64,000 nucleotides of DNA from a virus (Duplodnaviria > Caudoviricetes). The notes below the pieces were generated by a model. It was not told where the DNA came from, did no database searches, and saw nothing but the letters and a program-made list of their open reading frames with translations. Position 1 is the stretch's first letter. Each line of letters begins with the position of its first letter. Shown here one piece after another: positions 9,573 to 18,540 of the stretch. Made by a program: the position numbers and the translations under genes. Where the stretch lies: positions 37,557 to 101,556 of IMG/VR virus record IMGVR_UViG_3300020577_009596, one strand, 5' to 3'.

Positions 9573-10244
9573 CCAGGTCCTCGGGAACAGTCCCGACAGG
9601 ATCCGGCCCACGGCGTCCGCATAGCAGCGGATCTCCCACTGGGCCTTCTCGTCCATCCGCAGGGTCAGGAAGGCGAGCCAGTTCCGCAGGTTCGCCGACG
9701 CCCTCATCCGCGAGTACCGACCCATGTTGACCGCGAGGCGGGCGACCTCCTTCGGGACGCCTCGCCTCAGCCCGCTCTGGTACGTCTCCTCTGCCCTCCG
9801 ATACAAGTCCGCCAGCTCGGCCAGCCACTCGCGAGCCGACCCCTCCGTGACCGCCTCCGACCCCCTGACCGCGCCCGCCTGCCGGTTCGTCCCGTGGACG
9901 GACAGGCACCGCTCGACCGTCGGCTCGTAGTTCACGTCCGGAATCGGCGTGTACCGCCCGCTGAGCTCGTTGTAGCTCTGCGTTCGGTGGCGGTGCCACT
10001 CGCGGAAGACGACGATCGGGGCCTGGACCTCGATCACCGCCCCGGCCATCTCGAACGGCGTCGCGTGTCGGTTCCGGTAGAGGTACTCGAGCAGGCCCGC
10101 GTCGCCCCTGGGGTGCCCCTCGTAGGGCTCCCACGACACGAATCCGGACTCAGTCGACATCCTCGCCGCCTCGATCACTCGCTCGTCGCTGCCCCAGCTC
10201 TCGACGAGCTCGACGTAGCCGTGGTCCAGAATCTGCTCCCTCAC
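9543..10244 (-). CDS. thyX: FAD-dependent thymidylate synthase ThyX
   Basis: LDHGYVELV, HATPFE, signature RHRTQSYNELSGRY, NLRNWLAFLTLR...AQWEIR; GTG start coupled to the upstream stop. Confidence 0.95.
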   Translation of the reverse strand: MREQILDHGYVELVESWGSDERVIEAARMSTESGFVSWEPYEGHPRGDAGLLEYLYRNRHATPFEMAGAVIEVQAPIVVFREWHRHRTQSYNELSGRYTPIPDVNYEPTVERCLSVHGTNRQAGAVRGSEAVTEGSAREWLAELADLYRRAEETYQSGLRRGVPKEVARLAVNMGRYSRMRASANLRNWLAFLTLRMDEKAQWEIRCYADAVGRILSGLFPRTWSLFVANRQP

Positions 10245-11251
10245 CGCTGCCTCCTCTCGAGCCACGCTGTCGCTGCCGCACGCCAGTCGTCGGCCATGAT
10301 CTGAGCAGCGAACTCTGCCGCGAGATCGGACAAACCGTCCCGCCACGCCCGATGGGCTAGTAGCGTCGGCTGAGCCACGTCTTGTAGGAACGGCTCATCG
10401 AACCTCTCCGGCGGTAGTCTCGCGTGGGAGTAAATCTCGACGAGTCGCAGTAGCTCCTGATCGAACGTCCTCGACTCGCGAACGAGCGGGACAGTCGCAG
10501 GATACGGCTGGTTAGCTGGGCCGGTATCCTCCCACGCCAGCCACCTCTCTGGATCGAAGTTGTTCAGGTAAACGTGCAGATTGTTCGAGACCTGCCAGTA
10601 CCGACCGACTCCGATTCCAAGTTGAGCCGCAACGTACTCCTGGAGGAAGCTGAAGGTGCAGTAGTCCTCTCCCAGGGTCCCCCAGATCAAGTCGTTCGAT
10701 CGGTTGAAGACTGTGGCGTCGAGCAGACCCTCGTCGTTGACCGCAAGCAGGACGCTTAGGTTACAGCACACGTCTTTAGATGAGTCGACCTTAGCCAGGT
10801 CGTTCTCAACGTCCCACATCTGAAGTACGGCGCGGCGAGATTCCGGCTTGTCGTGAAGATGTCTTACCAGGATGTTCAATTGATCGACGAAGCGGTCCTC
10901 AGTATGAGACGCCAGCGCAGTCCGCCACCGCCTGCCGTACGAGCCGTTCGACGTGACCCCGTCGTCAGAGAACGAGGCGTACCGCTTAACATAGCGAGCG
11001 GGTGCAGCGACGTCGTCGCGTCCAGCCAAGAGCCAGAGCGAGTGATAGAGGTGAAACATGGGGTTGGCGTCTCGTTTCGCATTGAGTAAGACCCTTTCGC
11101 GAGGGTGACTGTACTCAATGATCACCGGCTCAGTGACTTGAATGACTCTCCCTGCTCGAGAATCAGACTCTCTGGTTGGATACTCTTTTGAATAAAACCC
11201 TCTCACAACCCCACTGAATGCGTCATTGATGTTTCGGAACTTGAGATGCAC
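10241..11251 (-). CDS. thymidylate synthase-like dNMP (hydroxy)methyltransferase, predicted dCMP-specific
   Basis: RDANPMFH, YGRRWR, RRAVLQMWD, KDVCCN, NRSNDLIWGTLGED, SNNLHVY; GTG at 11251 after AGGAG. Confidence 0.85.
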   Translation of the reverse strand: MHLKFRNINDAFSGVVRGFYSKEYPTRESDSRAGRVIQVTEPVIIEYSHPRERVLLNAKRDANPMFHLYHSLWLLAGRDDVAAPARYVKRYASFSDDGVTSNGSYGRRWRTALASHTEDRFVDQLNILVRHLHDKPESRRAVLQMWDVENDLAKVDSSKDVCCNLSVLLAVNDEGLLDATVFNRSNDLIWGTLGEDYCTFSFLQEYVAAQLGIGVGRYWQVSNNLHVYLNNFDPERWLAWEDTGPANQPYPATVPLVRESRTFDQELLRLVEIYSHARLPPERFDEPFLQDVAQPTLLAHRAWRDGLSDLAAEFAAQIMADDWRAAATAWLERRQR

Positions 11252-11867
11252 GTTCGCTCCTCTTCTTAGCAGACTCACTGAGTTTTCGACGGTGCTCAGC
11301 CGAGCAAGCCTTACCTTTTCTAGGTGGATTTGTCACGTTCCTGACGGCAGCTCGCTCAGCAGACTTCTTACGACACAACTCGCTAGGCTTACGCCCTCTC
11401 AACGACTCACTGATCAACTTCTTCGTCTCTTCTGAGAGTGAGGATCCTCGGCGTATAGTATTACCCTTCATTCTCTCTGACCTACGGGATCTCTCGTCGT
11501 CCGACACTTTACGGTTCTTCGCTGCTTCGCTTATCCGACGTAGTCCGTCCTCAGTATGCATGCCTTTAAACCCGCCGACGCCGGTCGCCGTATTGAACTT
11601 CGGCTTGAGAAGAGCTATCAGCTCTCGCTCTCTAGTTTGAGCTTGTTCGTCAGTATCAAACGGTTCGATCGACCATTCGATCGCATACCTGTCAGTTTCG
11701 AGTATCGCAACGAGACCGGGCGGTCTACCAGACCATGATGACTTGCCTGTAGGACGACCGCGGTTCCCGCGACCCTTACCTACCCATAGAACGTCTTCAC
11801 CGATTCGCCACACGTACACGTACGGCTGCTTAGGGTCTTCGAGAGGTCTCTTTCTAGGCGTCGGCAT
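11223..11867 (-). CDS. GIY-YIG-like homing endonuclease with NUMOD3 repeats
   Basis: YVYVW...WVGKG...R, E..LI...PKFN; HTEDG, SEETKKLISES and SAEHRRKLSES NUMOD3 repeats; AT-richer than flanks. Confidence 0.75.
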   Translation of the reverse strand: MPTPRKRPLEDPKQPYVYVWRIGEDVLWVGKGRGNRGRPTGKSSWSGRPPGLVAILETDRYAIEWSIEPFDTDEQAQTRERELIALLKPKFNTATGVGGFKGMHTEDGLRRISEAAKNRKVSDDERSRRSERMKGNTIRRGSSLSEETKKLISESLRGRKPSELCRKKSAERAAVRNVTNPPRKGKACSAEHRRKLSESAKKRSERASQVPKHQ

Positions 11868-11921
11868 AGTTAAACCTCTAGCCACCTCTATAGTAACCAG
11901 AAAGTTTAACTGAAACCAATT

Positions 11922-14021
11922 TTATAGCTTGAGTCTCCGGTGCTCGTCTCGGTCCCAGCTCGTCGGGCAGTACCCGACCGACACACGCAGCGGGACCCCG
12001 ACGTCCTCGCCGCTCCGCTCCATGAGACGCTGGAGGCGGCGGGCCTTGGGAAGGTTCCGACGACCGCCCGCGGGCATCTGGAAGACGATCTCGTCGTGGA
12101 CCTGGAGCGCGATCGTCGCGTCGAACCCGTCCCGACGCCACTCGCTCAGCTGCTCCTCGCAGCGGATCATGGCCTTGCTCGTACACCACATCGCGGTGGA
12201 CTGGACGTGGTAGTTCAGGGGGAGCGTAGGGCTTATCCTACCCCACTCCGACCGCGAGCACATCACGGGGTAGCCCCTGGCGGACCCGATCGACCGGTCG
12301 GGGATCGTCTCGACGTACCCGTGCCGGTTGGCGAACGAGACCCACCGGTCCATCAGGGCGAACAGCTTGGTCAGTCGTCCGCGGATCAGGCCGTACGCTC
12401 CCGGCTTGTGGGCGGTGGTGTCGAACTTCTTCTCCATGCAGCCGTAAATCAGGGCGAACCCGGCGTTCTTACACCACTTGTACCAGGTCGACTCGTACCG
12501 TCGCTTGAACTCCCCGCGCTGGTCGGCCAGCGGCCAGAACAGGTCGGGATACATCGCGCTCGCGTTGAGCAGGTGGTACGAGCCGAAGTACGGCGGGTCG
12601 TCGGGCCGCTCGAACAGCTCGATCATCGCCTCCTCCTCCGACTCGTAGCCGGGGATCCGGAGCTCGATGTTCTCGTAGTCCATCGGCCACCACTCGTATC
12701 CCGGCGGCGGCCCGAACCCGTAGCGGAGGTTGAACCCCTCCTTCTTGCTGATGTTCTGCTCGTTCGGGTTCGAGCTGCTGAACCGCAGCGTACCCGTCCC
12801 GGTCGCGTTCAGGTTTGGATTGAGACGACAGGTATCCCCGTCGTTGAGAGGAACCCAGAACCGCCGGTACCCTTCCATGTACTGGACGGCCGTGTCCCGG
12901 CTCCGCTTGTCTCCTATTGCCTTTACGAAGTCGAGCTGCGGTCCTTCAGTCAGAGTCTCGACATAGGTCTGCATAGCCTCCTTGTTCAGGCTCGGCGACC
13001 CGCTGTCGGTCCTCGCCGCGATCGGGAGGGCGAGGTACTGCCGACCCTTCCCGAGCGTACCGGGGACCTTCTTCCCCCGCTCGTCCCGCAGCGAGTCGCC
13101 GAAGCAGAAGTGGAGGAGACTGTCGTTGTTGCCGGACTTCGGGAGGTCGAGGTCGTACCCGAGCGAGGCCGCGATCTCCCGGCAGCGGTCACCCAGGTCG
13201 GCCCCCTCCCGCGAGTACCGGACGACCATCTCCTCGAGACGGCTCCGGCTCAGCGTGACGCCCCGCCGCTCCATCCCGAACACGACCGGTAGCAGCCTCC
13301 GCCGCTCCTGATAGATCTCCCAGAGGCCCCGCTCCCTCAGCCTCCGCTCCATGACCGGCCAGAGCATGACCGTCGACTCGGAGTCCTCGTTCGCGTACTG
13401 GGCCGTCACCGTCCGGTACGGGTGGTCCATCGGCAGCTTGTGGCGGTTCGCGTAGGCACGGGGCAGCCAGGTGTCCAGCTTCCACGGGCTCTCGTCCTCG
13501 CCGCCCTTCGCCCGCTTGGCCTTGTTCGCCTTGCAGGAGGGCATGTCGGCCCGGCCCTCCTTGGCGAGAGCCCAGGTCGGGTGCTCCCGGCGGACCCTCC
13601 CCCGGACCTCGACGACGACGTCCCGCATCCGCTTCTCGGACGGCTCTATGTCGATCCCGAGATAAAACAGGACCATATCGGTCAAATTGTGAGGTTGATT
13701 ACTAGCTAACAGATGTCCAGCTAGTAAGGTGTCCTCTACCTTCTCCCAATATGTGTCTATGTTAACCAGATCCCACAACCCTATCGAGTCGAGAGCGTGA
13801 GTATCGAAGCCGATGTTTTGACCTACGATTCGTTCTTGCTTTGTCAGCAAATCAGCAATCTTGACTAGGTCTTCTTGAGGGATATTCGGGGTTCGGGTGA
13901 TCGGATTTACCGGCCAATCCCAAAACACAGGGTCTTTACCGTACTCACATGTCGTCACGAGGAACGGCCTCGCCCCATGCCTCCAGTCAGACCCCGTAGT
14001 TTCACAGTCCAAAGCCATCAT
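11922..14021 (-). CDS. polA: family A DNA polymerase with 3'-5' exonuclease domain
   Basis: ExoI LDCETTG, ExoII GQNIGFD, TLRFSSSNPNEQNI, motif A DYENIELR, motif B KNAGFALIYG, motif C QVHDEI. Confidence 0.95.
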   Translation of the reverse strand: MMALDCETTGSDWRHGARPFLVTTCEYGKDPVFWDWPVNPITRTPNIPQEDLVKIADLLTKQERIVGQNIGFDTHALDSIGLWDLVNIDTYWEKVEDTLLAGHLLASNQPHNLTDMVLFYLGIDIEPSEKRMRDVVVEVRGRVRREHPTWALAKEGRADMPSCKANKAKRAKGGEDESPWKLDTWLPRAYANRHKLPMDHPYRTVTAQYANEDSESTVMLWPVMERRLRERGLWEIYQERRRLLPVVFGMERRGVTLSRSRLEEMVVRYSREGADLGDRCREIAASLGYDLDLPKSGNNDSLLHFCFGDSLRDERGKKVPGTLGKGRQYLALPIAARTDSGSPSLNKEAMQTYVETLTEGPQLDFVKAIGDKRSRDTAVQYMEGYRRFWVPLNDGDTCRLNPNLNATGTGTLRFSSSNPNEQNISKKEGFNLRYGFGPPPGYEWWPMDYENIELRIPGYESEEEAMIELFERPDDPPYFGSYHLLNASAMYPDLFWPLADQRGEFKRRYESTWYKWCKNAGFALIYGCMEKKFDTTAHKPGAYGLIRGRLTKLFALMDRWVSFANRHGYVETIPDRSIGSARGYPVMCSRSEWGRISPTLPLNYHVQSTAMWCTSKAMIRCEEQLSEWRRDGFDATIALQVHDEIVFQMPAGGRRNLPKARRLQRLMERSGEDVGVPLRVSVGYCPTSWDRDEHRRLKL

Positions 14022-14560
14022 AGAAGATTCCTCCAAGTCCTTTTCTTGACAGCGTCTGCTAAAGCATGTTCAGAGACTTTGGGCTTAGTTACGGCGTAGA
14101 TACGCGAAATAGACCATCCTTTCGAGTACAAGAATCTAGCTATTTTGACTTGTTCCTCGGTCATCCTCGCGTTGCCGTTCGCCGCCCCAGGACAAGGAGT
14201 ACCCGTACCGGCTCTACTTTGACGTCCCTTTGACACCATGTCGTCAGAATTATCTTGGACCGTACCTTGGAATAAGTGATCCGGTCTCACGCAGCGGGGG
14301 GTGTCGCATTTATGAAGAACGAACAGCCCCGACTTGATGACATTCCCGGTTAGTTCGTAGGCTATCCTATGTGCTTTCTTTTCCCTGAAATGTCCGTAGC
14401 CGTTGACGGTGGCTGCGATCCACACCCAGCACTTACCGTGAACCGGATGGATTGGACCGTTCTCCTTATCTACTCTCATCCAGAACAGTCGCTCAACGTC
14501 AGTACCGCGATTGTTGGAGTGCTTCGAGAACTCTCCACGAACGTAGACACCCTTCGGCAT
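14018..14560 (-). CDS. HNH homing endonuclease
   Basis: CWVW...AHRIAY...VLHKCDTPRCVRPDHLFQGTVQDNSDD; C-terminal HTH. Confidence 0.9.
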   Translation of the reverse strand: MPKGVYVRGEFSKHSNNRGTDVERLFWMRVDKENGPIHPVHGKCWVWIAATVNGYGHFREKKAHRIAYELTGNVIKSGLFVLHKCDTPRCVRPDHLFQGTVQDNSDDMVSKGRQSRAGTGTPCPGAANGNARMTEEQVKIARFLYSKGWSISRIYAVTKPKVSEHALADAVKKRTWRNLL

Positions 14561-14589
14561 GACTCCGCTCCTTCAGCGGTCCTTAAGAG

Positions 14590-14650
14590 TTGGTGACGGC
14601 AGGCGAGTAAGGTTCTCGCTCTTCGACTGGCCGGTCTAGCCGTCACCAAT
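14590..14650 (-). ncRNA. putative cis-acting three-way-junction RNA upstream of the HNH gene
   Basis: P1 TTGGTGACGGC/GCCGTCACCAA enclosing UA-[GAC..GTC]-GAAG-[GCGAG..CTCGC]; same architecture at 20521-20576. Confidence 0.5.
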
Positions 14651-14665
14651 ATCATAGCGTACTCG

Positions 14666-14842
14666 TCACGCCTTGCCCTCGAGATTCCGCTCTCCGGTCC
14701 CGCCGCACCTCTTGCACTTCGTATTGTTCGGCGTCCGCCCCAGCCCGTCGCAGGTCGGGCACGGCCAGAGCGGGAGCTTCCTCTCGGCCTCGGGCTTCGG
14801 CTCGGGGGACGGCTTGGGAGGGAAGTGACGGAACGGGGGCAT
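14666..14842 (-). CDS. small DnaJ-type zinc-finger protein
   Basis: MPPFRHF...CPTCDGLG...CKRCGGTG. Confidence 0.65.
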   Translation of the reverse strand: MPPFRHFPPKPSPEPKPEAERKLPLWPCPTCDGLGRTPNNTKCKRCGGTGERNLEGKA

Positions 14843-14999
14843 AGCGTACCCGACGTGAGTTGAGAGGCGTCTGACGCAGGCTGGTAAGTACTTTCGAGGT
14901 CTAGAACTCCCGCCAGTTCCTGCGTCAGACATGGGTAGGGCGTCCGTGCCCCGAGGACTCCTGTCAGCCGTCCGTGAACGTGTGAGCCATCGCCCGGAT

Positions 15000-16133
15000 T
15001 CACGCCGGGACCGACAGCTCGCTGAACTTGATGCCCTTCACGACCGCCTTGGTGTCCGACCGCTTGGCCGTCACCGTCTCCGTCTTGGCGTCGACGCCGG
15101 TGATCTCGACCTCGACGGCCTTCTTCAACGGCTTCTTGGTCTTGGGGTCGACCGGGAACCACTCGTACACGTCGCCCTTCGCCGGGACCGGGGGAGCCTC
15201 CTCCGCGGCCTCCCCGCCACCCTCTCCGGACTGCCGGGCCTCGATCAGGTCGGCCGCCGCCCCGAAGTTGGGGGTCGCGCCCCACTCCTCCTCGCTGATG
15301 CCGAGGGCGAGGGCGATGTCCTGGAGCTTCTGGACCGCGCCGTCATCGCCGTTCTCGGCCATCGTCGCCAGCTCGCGGACGTCGTCGGGCAGCTCGGCCG
15401 CCTCGGGCTCGGGGGCGGGTGCCGGAGCGGGCTTGGACGCCGGAGGCTTCGCGGGGGACTTCGCCGCCGGGGGCGGAGCGGGCTTGGTCGGAGGGGCCTT
15501 GCCGGTGTCGTCGGTCGTGCCGGGGGTCGGACCCTCGGGCGGCGGCTCGTACCCCTCCATCCCGCGGGTGCCGTACCAGTTCTCCCAGACGCGGGGGTTC
15601 GGGTACTGGGGCGTCGGCTCGCTCTGGCTCGTCTCGAACTTGAAGTGCGGGGCCGCTTCCTGCAGCATCGCCGCGATCCCCTCCAGGGCCGCAGCCCCCT
15701 GCTCGAACTCCGAGTTGGGGACGCCGAACCGCTTCATCTCGTTCTCGATCCGCTCGATGTTGGCCTCCATCGAGGTGATCTCGCCCTTGGCGTTCTTCGT
15801 GTCGATCACCGGGATCATGATCGAGGTCTGGAGCCCCTTGACCGTGATCTTGCGTCCGTCCTTGTCGACGATGTGGTCGGGCTCGACCACCACCCCGACC
15901 GCCCGGAAGTAGTACTCGCCGACGGCCGAGGAGCCGTCGACCTTCTTCATGTTCGAGCCCTCCTTGTAGGTCTCGAACGCCATCGTCACCAGCCGGGCCA
16001 CGCCGTTCTTGATCCCGCCGGGGATCTGCTGGAAGCCGTACGACACCTCCTTCCCGCTGGCCTGCTTCGCCGCCGCGTCGAGCCGCGAGCCGTACTTCTT
16101 GAACAGTCCACCGCCGCCGGTCTGCGTCGCCAT
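15000..16133 (-). CDS. putative ssDNA-binding protein with Pro/Ala linker and acidic C-terminal region
   Basis: lies between the Sak4-like ATPase and PolA; beta-rich N-domain, PAPPPAAK linker; function inferred from synteny. Confidence 0.5.
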   Translation of the reverse strand: MATQTGGGGLFKKYGSRLDAAAKQASGKEVSYGFQQIPGGIKNGVARLVTMAFETYKEGSNMKKVDGSSAVGEYYFRAVGVVVEPDHIVDKDGRKITVKGLQTSIMIPVIDTKNAKGEITSMEANIERIENEMKRFGVPNSEFEQGAAALEGIAAMLQEAAPHFKFETSQSEPTPQYPNPRVWENWYGTRGMEGYEPPPEGPTPGTTDDTGKAPPTKPAPPPAAKSPAKPPASKPAPAPAPEPEAAELPDDVRELATMAENGDDGAVQKLQDIALALGISEEEWGATPNFGAAADLIEARQSGEGGGEAAEEAPPVPAKGDVYEWFPVDPKTKKPLKKAVEVEITGVDAKTETVTAKRSDTKAVVKGIKFSELSVPA

Positions 16134-16190
16134 TCGTCGCCTCCTCACTCAGGTGATTGGATAGATAGTTATACCGTTACCCCGGCCCCG

Positions 16191-16436
16191 TCAGCTCGGG
16201 GTGAGGTTGACGATCTTGCGGATCTCGTAGCCGTACTCCCTCATCTCCTCCTCGTCGTACAGCCCGACGGCCGTCGGCGAGTAGTCTCCGTCCTTCTTGA
16301 GCACCGCCTCGGTCGCCTCGACCCGACCCACCGCCTTGCCAACGGCAAGGCCGTTGCGGTCCGCGTTGAGGACGACCGTCGCCTCCGGGGGGAGCGTCCG
16401 GAGACGCTCGATCAGCTCGATGACGGTCACGGTCAC
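16191..16436 (-). CDS. hypothetical protein (TVxELIExL family)
   Basis: GTG start overlaps the stop of the displaced ATPase 3' end; N-terminus similar to 17939..18319. Confidence 0.6.
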   Translation of the reverse strand: MTVTVIELIERLRTLPPEATVVLNADRNGLAVGKAVGRVEATEAVLKKDGDYSPTAVGLYDEEEMREYGYEIRKIVNLTPS

Positions 16437-16528
16437 TCCCCGTACACGAGGCCCTTGATCTTGTCGTACGACGGGTCCTCGACGTACTCCGGCAGCTCGC
16501 TCCCCTTGGGGATCCGGAACTTCGTCAG
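16433..16528 (-). pseudogene. displaced original 3' end (31 codons) of the Sak4-like ATPase gene
   Basis: [31 protein letters not shown] in high-GC codons, versus the live end LTKFRLPKGIELPEYLEDPSYEKVMNLVTG*. Confidence 0.85.
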
Positions 16529-17067
16529 TCCTTGACATGCTTCCACTGCTTCCTCTTACCAATATTGGCAACTTGAACTCGAGATATCCCGAACTTCTCA
16601 GCTAGCTTCTCAGCGGTTCCCGGTTTGTTAGGAGCCTTTCCAACTCTGAAGTGCTTACGAATGTACCTGACATCGTCTTCCGTAAGCCTAGCCAGATTGT
16701 GTTCAATTCCCTTCTTACCGCGAGATCCGTAGTTGAATCTTCCTTTCTTGATACAGTCGTGAATATTGTCTCGGTAGGTCCCTAGAAATAAATGCTTGGG
16801 ATTAACGCAGGCCGGATTATCACAGGTATGACATACGAGCAGCTTCCTGCTTCGGCTCCGGTCTTCCAGCTCTGGTCGAGTTCCGTAATGAAGTATCCAG
16901 CTGTAGACCGGAGCGTAATAGACCCTTTTGTTAACCGAAATGTATCCTCTTTTGTTGGTGGCTTCGGTCGGCTTCCACCACCAACAACCTTTGGTTTTCC
17001 TCACTCGAGCCCAGAATCGAACTTCTGGAGGAACTGTCTTGTCGTGGTCCTTGAAAGTAATCTTCAT
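16525..17067 (-). CDS. HNH homing endonuclease
   Basis: CWWW...[27 protein letters not shown]; C-terminal HTH ending WKHV; AT-rich. Confidence 0.9.
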   Translation of the reverse strand: MKITFKDHDKTVPPEVRFWARVRKTKGCWWWKPTEATNKRGYISVNKRVYYAPVYSWILHYGTRPELEDRSRSRKLLVCHTCDNPACVNPKHLFLGTYRDNIHDCIKKGRFNYGSRGKKGIEHNLARLTEDDVRYIRKHFRVGKAPNKPGTAEKLAEKFGISRVQVANIGKRKQWKHVKD

Positions 17068-17208
17068 CCCTAGCCTCCTTTTAAGACGCTACGATGAAGT
17101 TTACTATAAACTTCGTCACCCAGTTACGAGATTCATTACCTTTTCGTATGAAGGGTCTTCGAGATACTCAGGTAACTCGATCCCTTTTGGAAGCCTGAAT
17201 TTCGTCAG
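16529..17208 (-). mobile_element. HNH cassette carrying a recoded replacement 3' end of its target gene
   Basis: bounded by direct repeat TTCGTCAG (16521-16528 and 17201-17208); removal restores the original gene. Confidence 0.75.
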
Positions 17209-17985
17209 GAAGGTGTCGTGCGGGGCGGTCCGGAGACAGTACACCACGCCGGGCACCCGCTCCTGCGACCGCATCTCCTTACCCCCGATCGTCCGGACCC
17301 GCTCCTCCGTCCGACCCTTCTTGAACATCTGGACCACGAAGTCGCACGCCGGGGCGAGCCACCCCGCGACGGACGGGCTCAGTGCCGCGCCGACCGTCGG
17401 CCGGAGCAGGTCCGGGTCGCCGCCGTCCTCCCGGCCTCCGAACGTCCGCTGCTGGGCGACGATCACGACGTTCGCGTCGAGGTTGAGGAGGGCGCGGAAC
17501 AGGGTCTTGAGCTGCAACGCCTGCTGGCCGTACTGCTGCTGGCTCGCCATCCCCCAGCCCTTCTGGGCCGGGATCTCGTCGAGTCCGAGGATCTCCTTCA
17601 GGGCGTCGTCGGCCAGCCCGCTGGCGTGGTCGAGCACGACCGTCTGGAACTTGCCCGTCTGCCGGACGTGCTCGCACAGCTCCTTGACCTCGTTCGTCTG
17701 CCGGAGGACGACCTTCGTGATCTTCCCCCGCTCGGAGTGGGGGACCGACTGGAGCTCGCCGGGACGCATGCTCCCGCTGCTCACGATCCACAGCACTGGG
17801 CCGGGGAACGTCGAGGCGAACACGGTCTTGCCGCTTCCGCTCTCGCCGTACACCAGCATCTTCATCGGGCCGACCGAGTCCTCGACGGGCTCGAGACGGC
17901 TGAGCACCGGGCCGTCCATCGACGGTCGCGGGCGGGTCTCAGTCTTGGTCACGACCGGGGCCGTGGCCCTCTTCAGCGGGGGCAT
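17116..17985 (-). CDS. Sak4-like/AAA_24 ATPase (recombination/annealing protein)
   Basis: Walker A YGESGSGKT, Walker B TVVLD, VVIVAQ; next to an exonuclease gene. Confidence 0.8.
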   Translation of the reverse strand: MPPLKRATAPVVTKTETRPRPSMDGPVLSRLEPVEDSVGPMKMLVYGESGSGKTVFASTFPGPVLWIVSSGSMRPGELQSVPHSERGKITKVVLRQTNEVKELCEHVRQTGKFQTVVLDHASGLADDALKEILGLDEIPAQKGWGMASQQQYGQQALQLKTLFRALLNLDANVVIVAQQRTFGGREDGGDPDLLRPTVGAALSPSVAGWLAPACDFVVQMFKKGRTEERVRTIGGKEMRSQERVPGVVYCLRTAPHDTFLTKFRLPKGIELPEYLEDPSYEKVMNLVTG

Positions 17986-18319
17986 TCAGCTCCTCCTTGG
18001 GTTCTGGGTCCTTGTGGGCTCGGATCATCATCGGCCGCCAGTTCTGACAGCCACAGGACTCGGAGTAGACCTGCAGCTTCTCCTTGCCGCAGTACTGGCA
18101 CCGCCACATGACGGGCTTCGGCTCTGCGGCCCTCTGGGCGGGCGTCGGCTCGACCTCGTACTCGCTATCTCCAATACGCAGCTCGACGTGCTCGACGCCG
18201 TTCCACTCTTTGACGACGTCCACCTGAGGAGTCCATAGTCCCCACTCACAGTCGTCAACCGCTACTCCCATCTCAGGCGGTAGGGTCTTCAGCTTCTCGA
18301 TCAGCTCTGCTACGGTCAT
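17939..18319 (-). CDS. hypothetical protein with C-terminal Cys cluster
   Basis: MTVAELIEKL; CQYC...CGC; GGAGG RBS. Confidence 0.6.
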   Translation of the reverse strand: MTVAELIEKLKTLPPEMGVAVDDCEWGLWTPQVDVVKEWNGVEHVELRIGDSEYEVEPTPAQRAAEPKPVMWRCQYCGKEKLQVYSESCGCQNWRPMMIRAHKDPEPKEELNAPAEEGHGPGRDQD

Positions 18320-18333
18320 CTTCGACCTCCGGG

Positions 18334-18540
18334 TTAGGGTTGCTTCGGCTTGGGTGGAATCAGTCCGTCCTCGGACAGCTTCTTGTGGAGCCAGTAGTAC
18401 AGGCCGACCAGCTCGTCCTCTCCGAGGATCATCTCGAGGTGGTCGTCCGAGTCGTACAGGGTCGCGTCGGCGAACCCGCCGCCCTCGGCCTGAGACGTGA
18501 ACGACCCTCTCAGGTCGCCTCCGATCACCTCGTAGGTCAC
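18334..18540 (-). CDS. hypothetical protein
   Basis: GTG start coupled to the exonuclease stop. Confidence 0.5.
   Translation of the reverse strand: MTYEVIGGDLRGSFTSQAEGGGFADATLYDSDDHLEMILGEDELVGLYYWLHKKLSEDGLIPPKPKQP

Noticed and set aside
11922-14021. Intein or intron in polA
   Set aside because: Continuous frame of normal length with no intein terminal motifs
16529-17208. Group I intron interpretation of the HNH insertions (also 46529..47291)
   Set aside because: Too little non-coding sequence for a ribozyme core; the host gene is completed by a duplicated 3' end, and the second HNH is antisense
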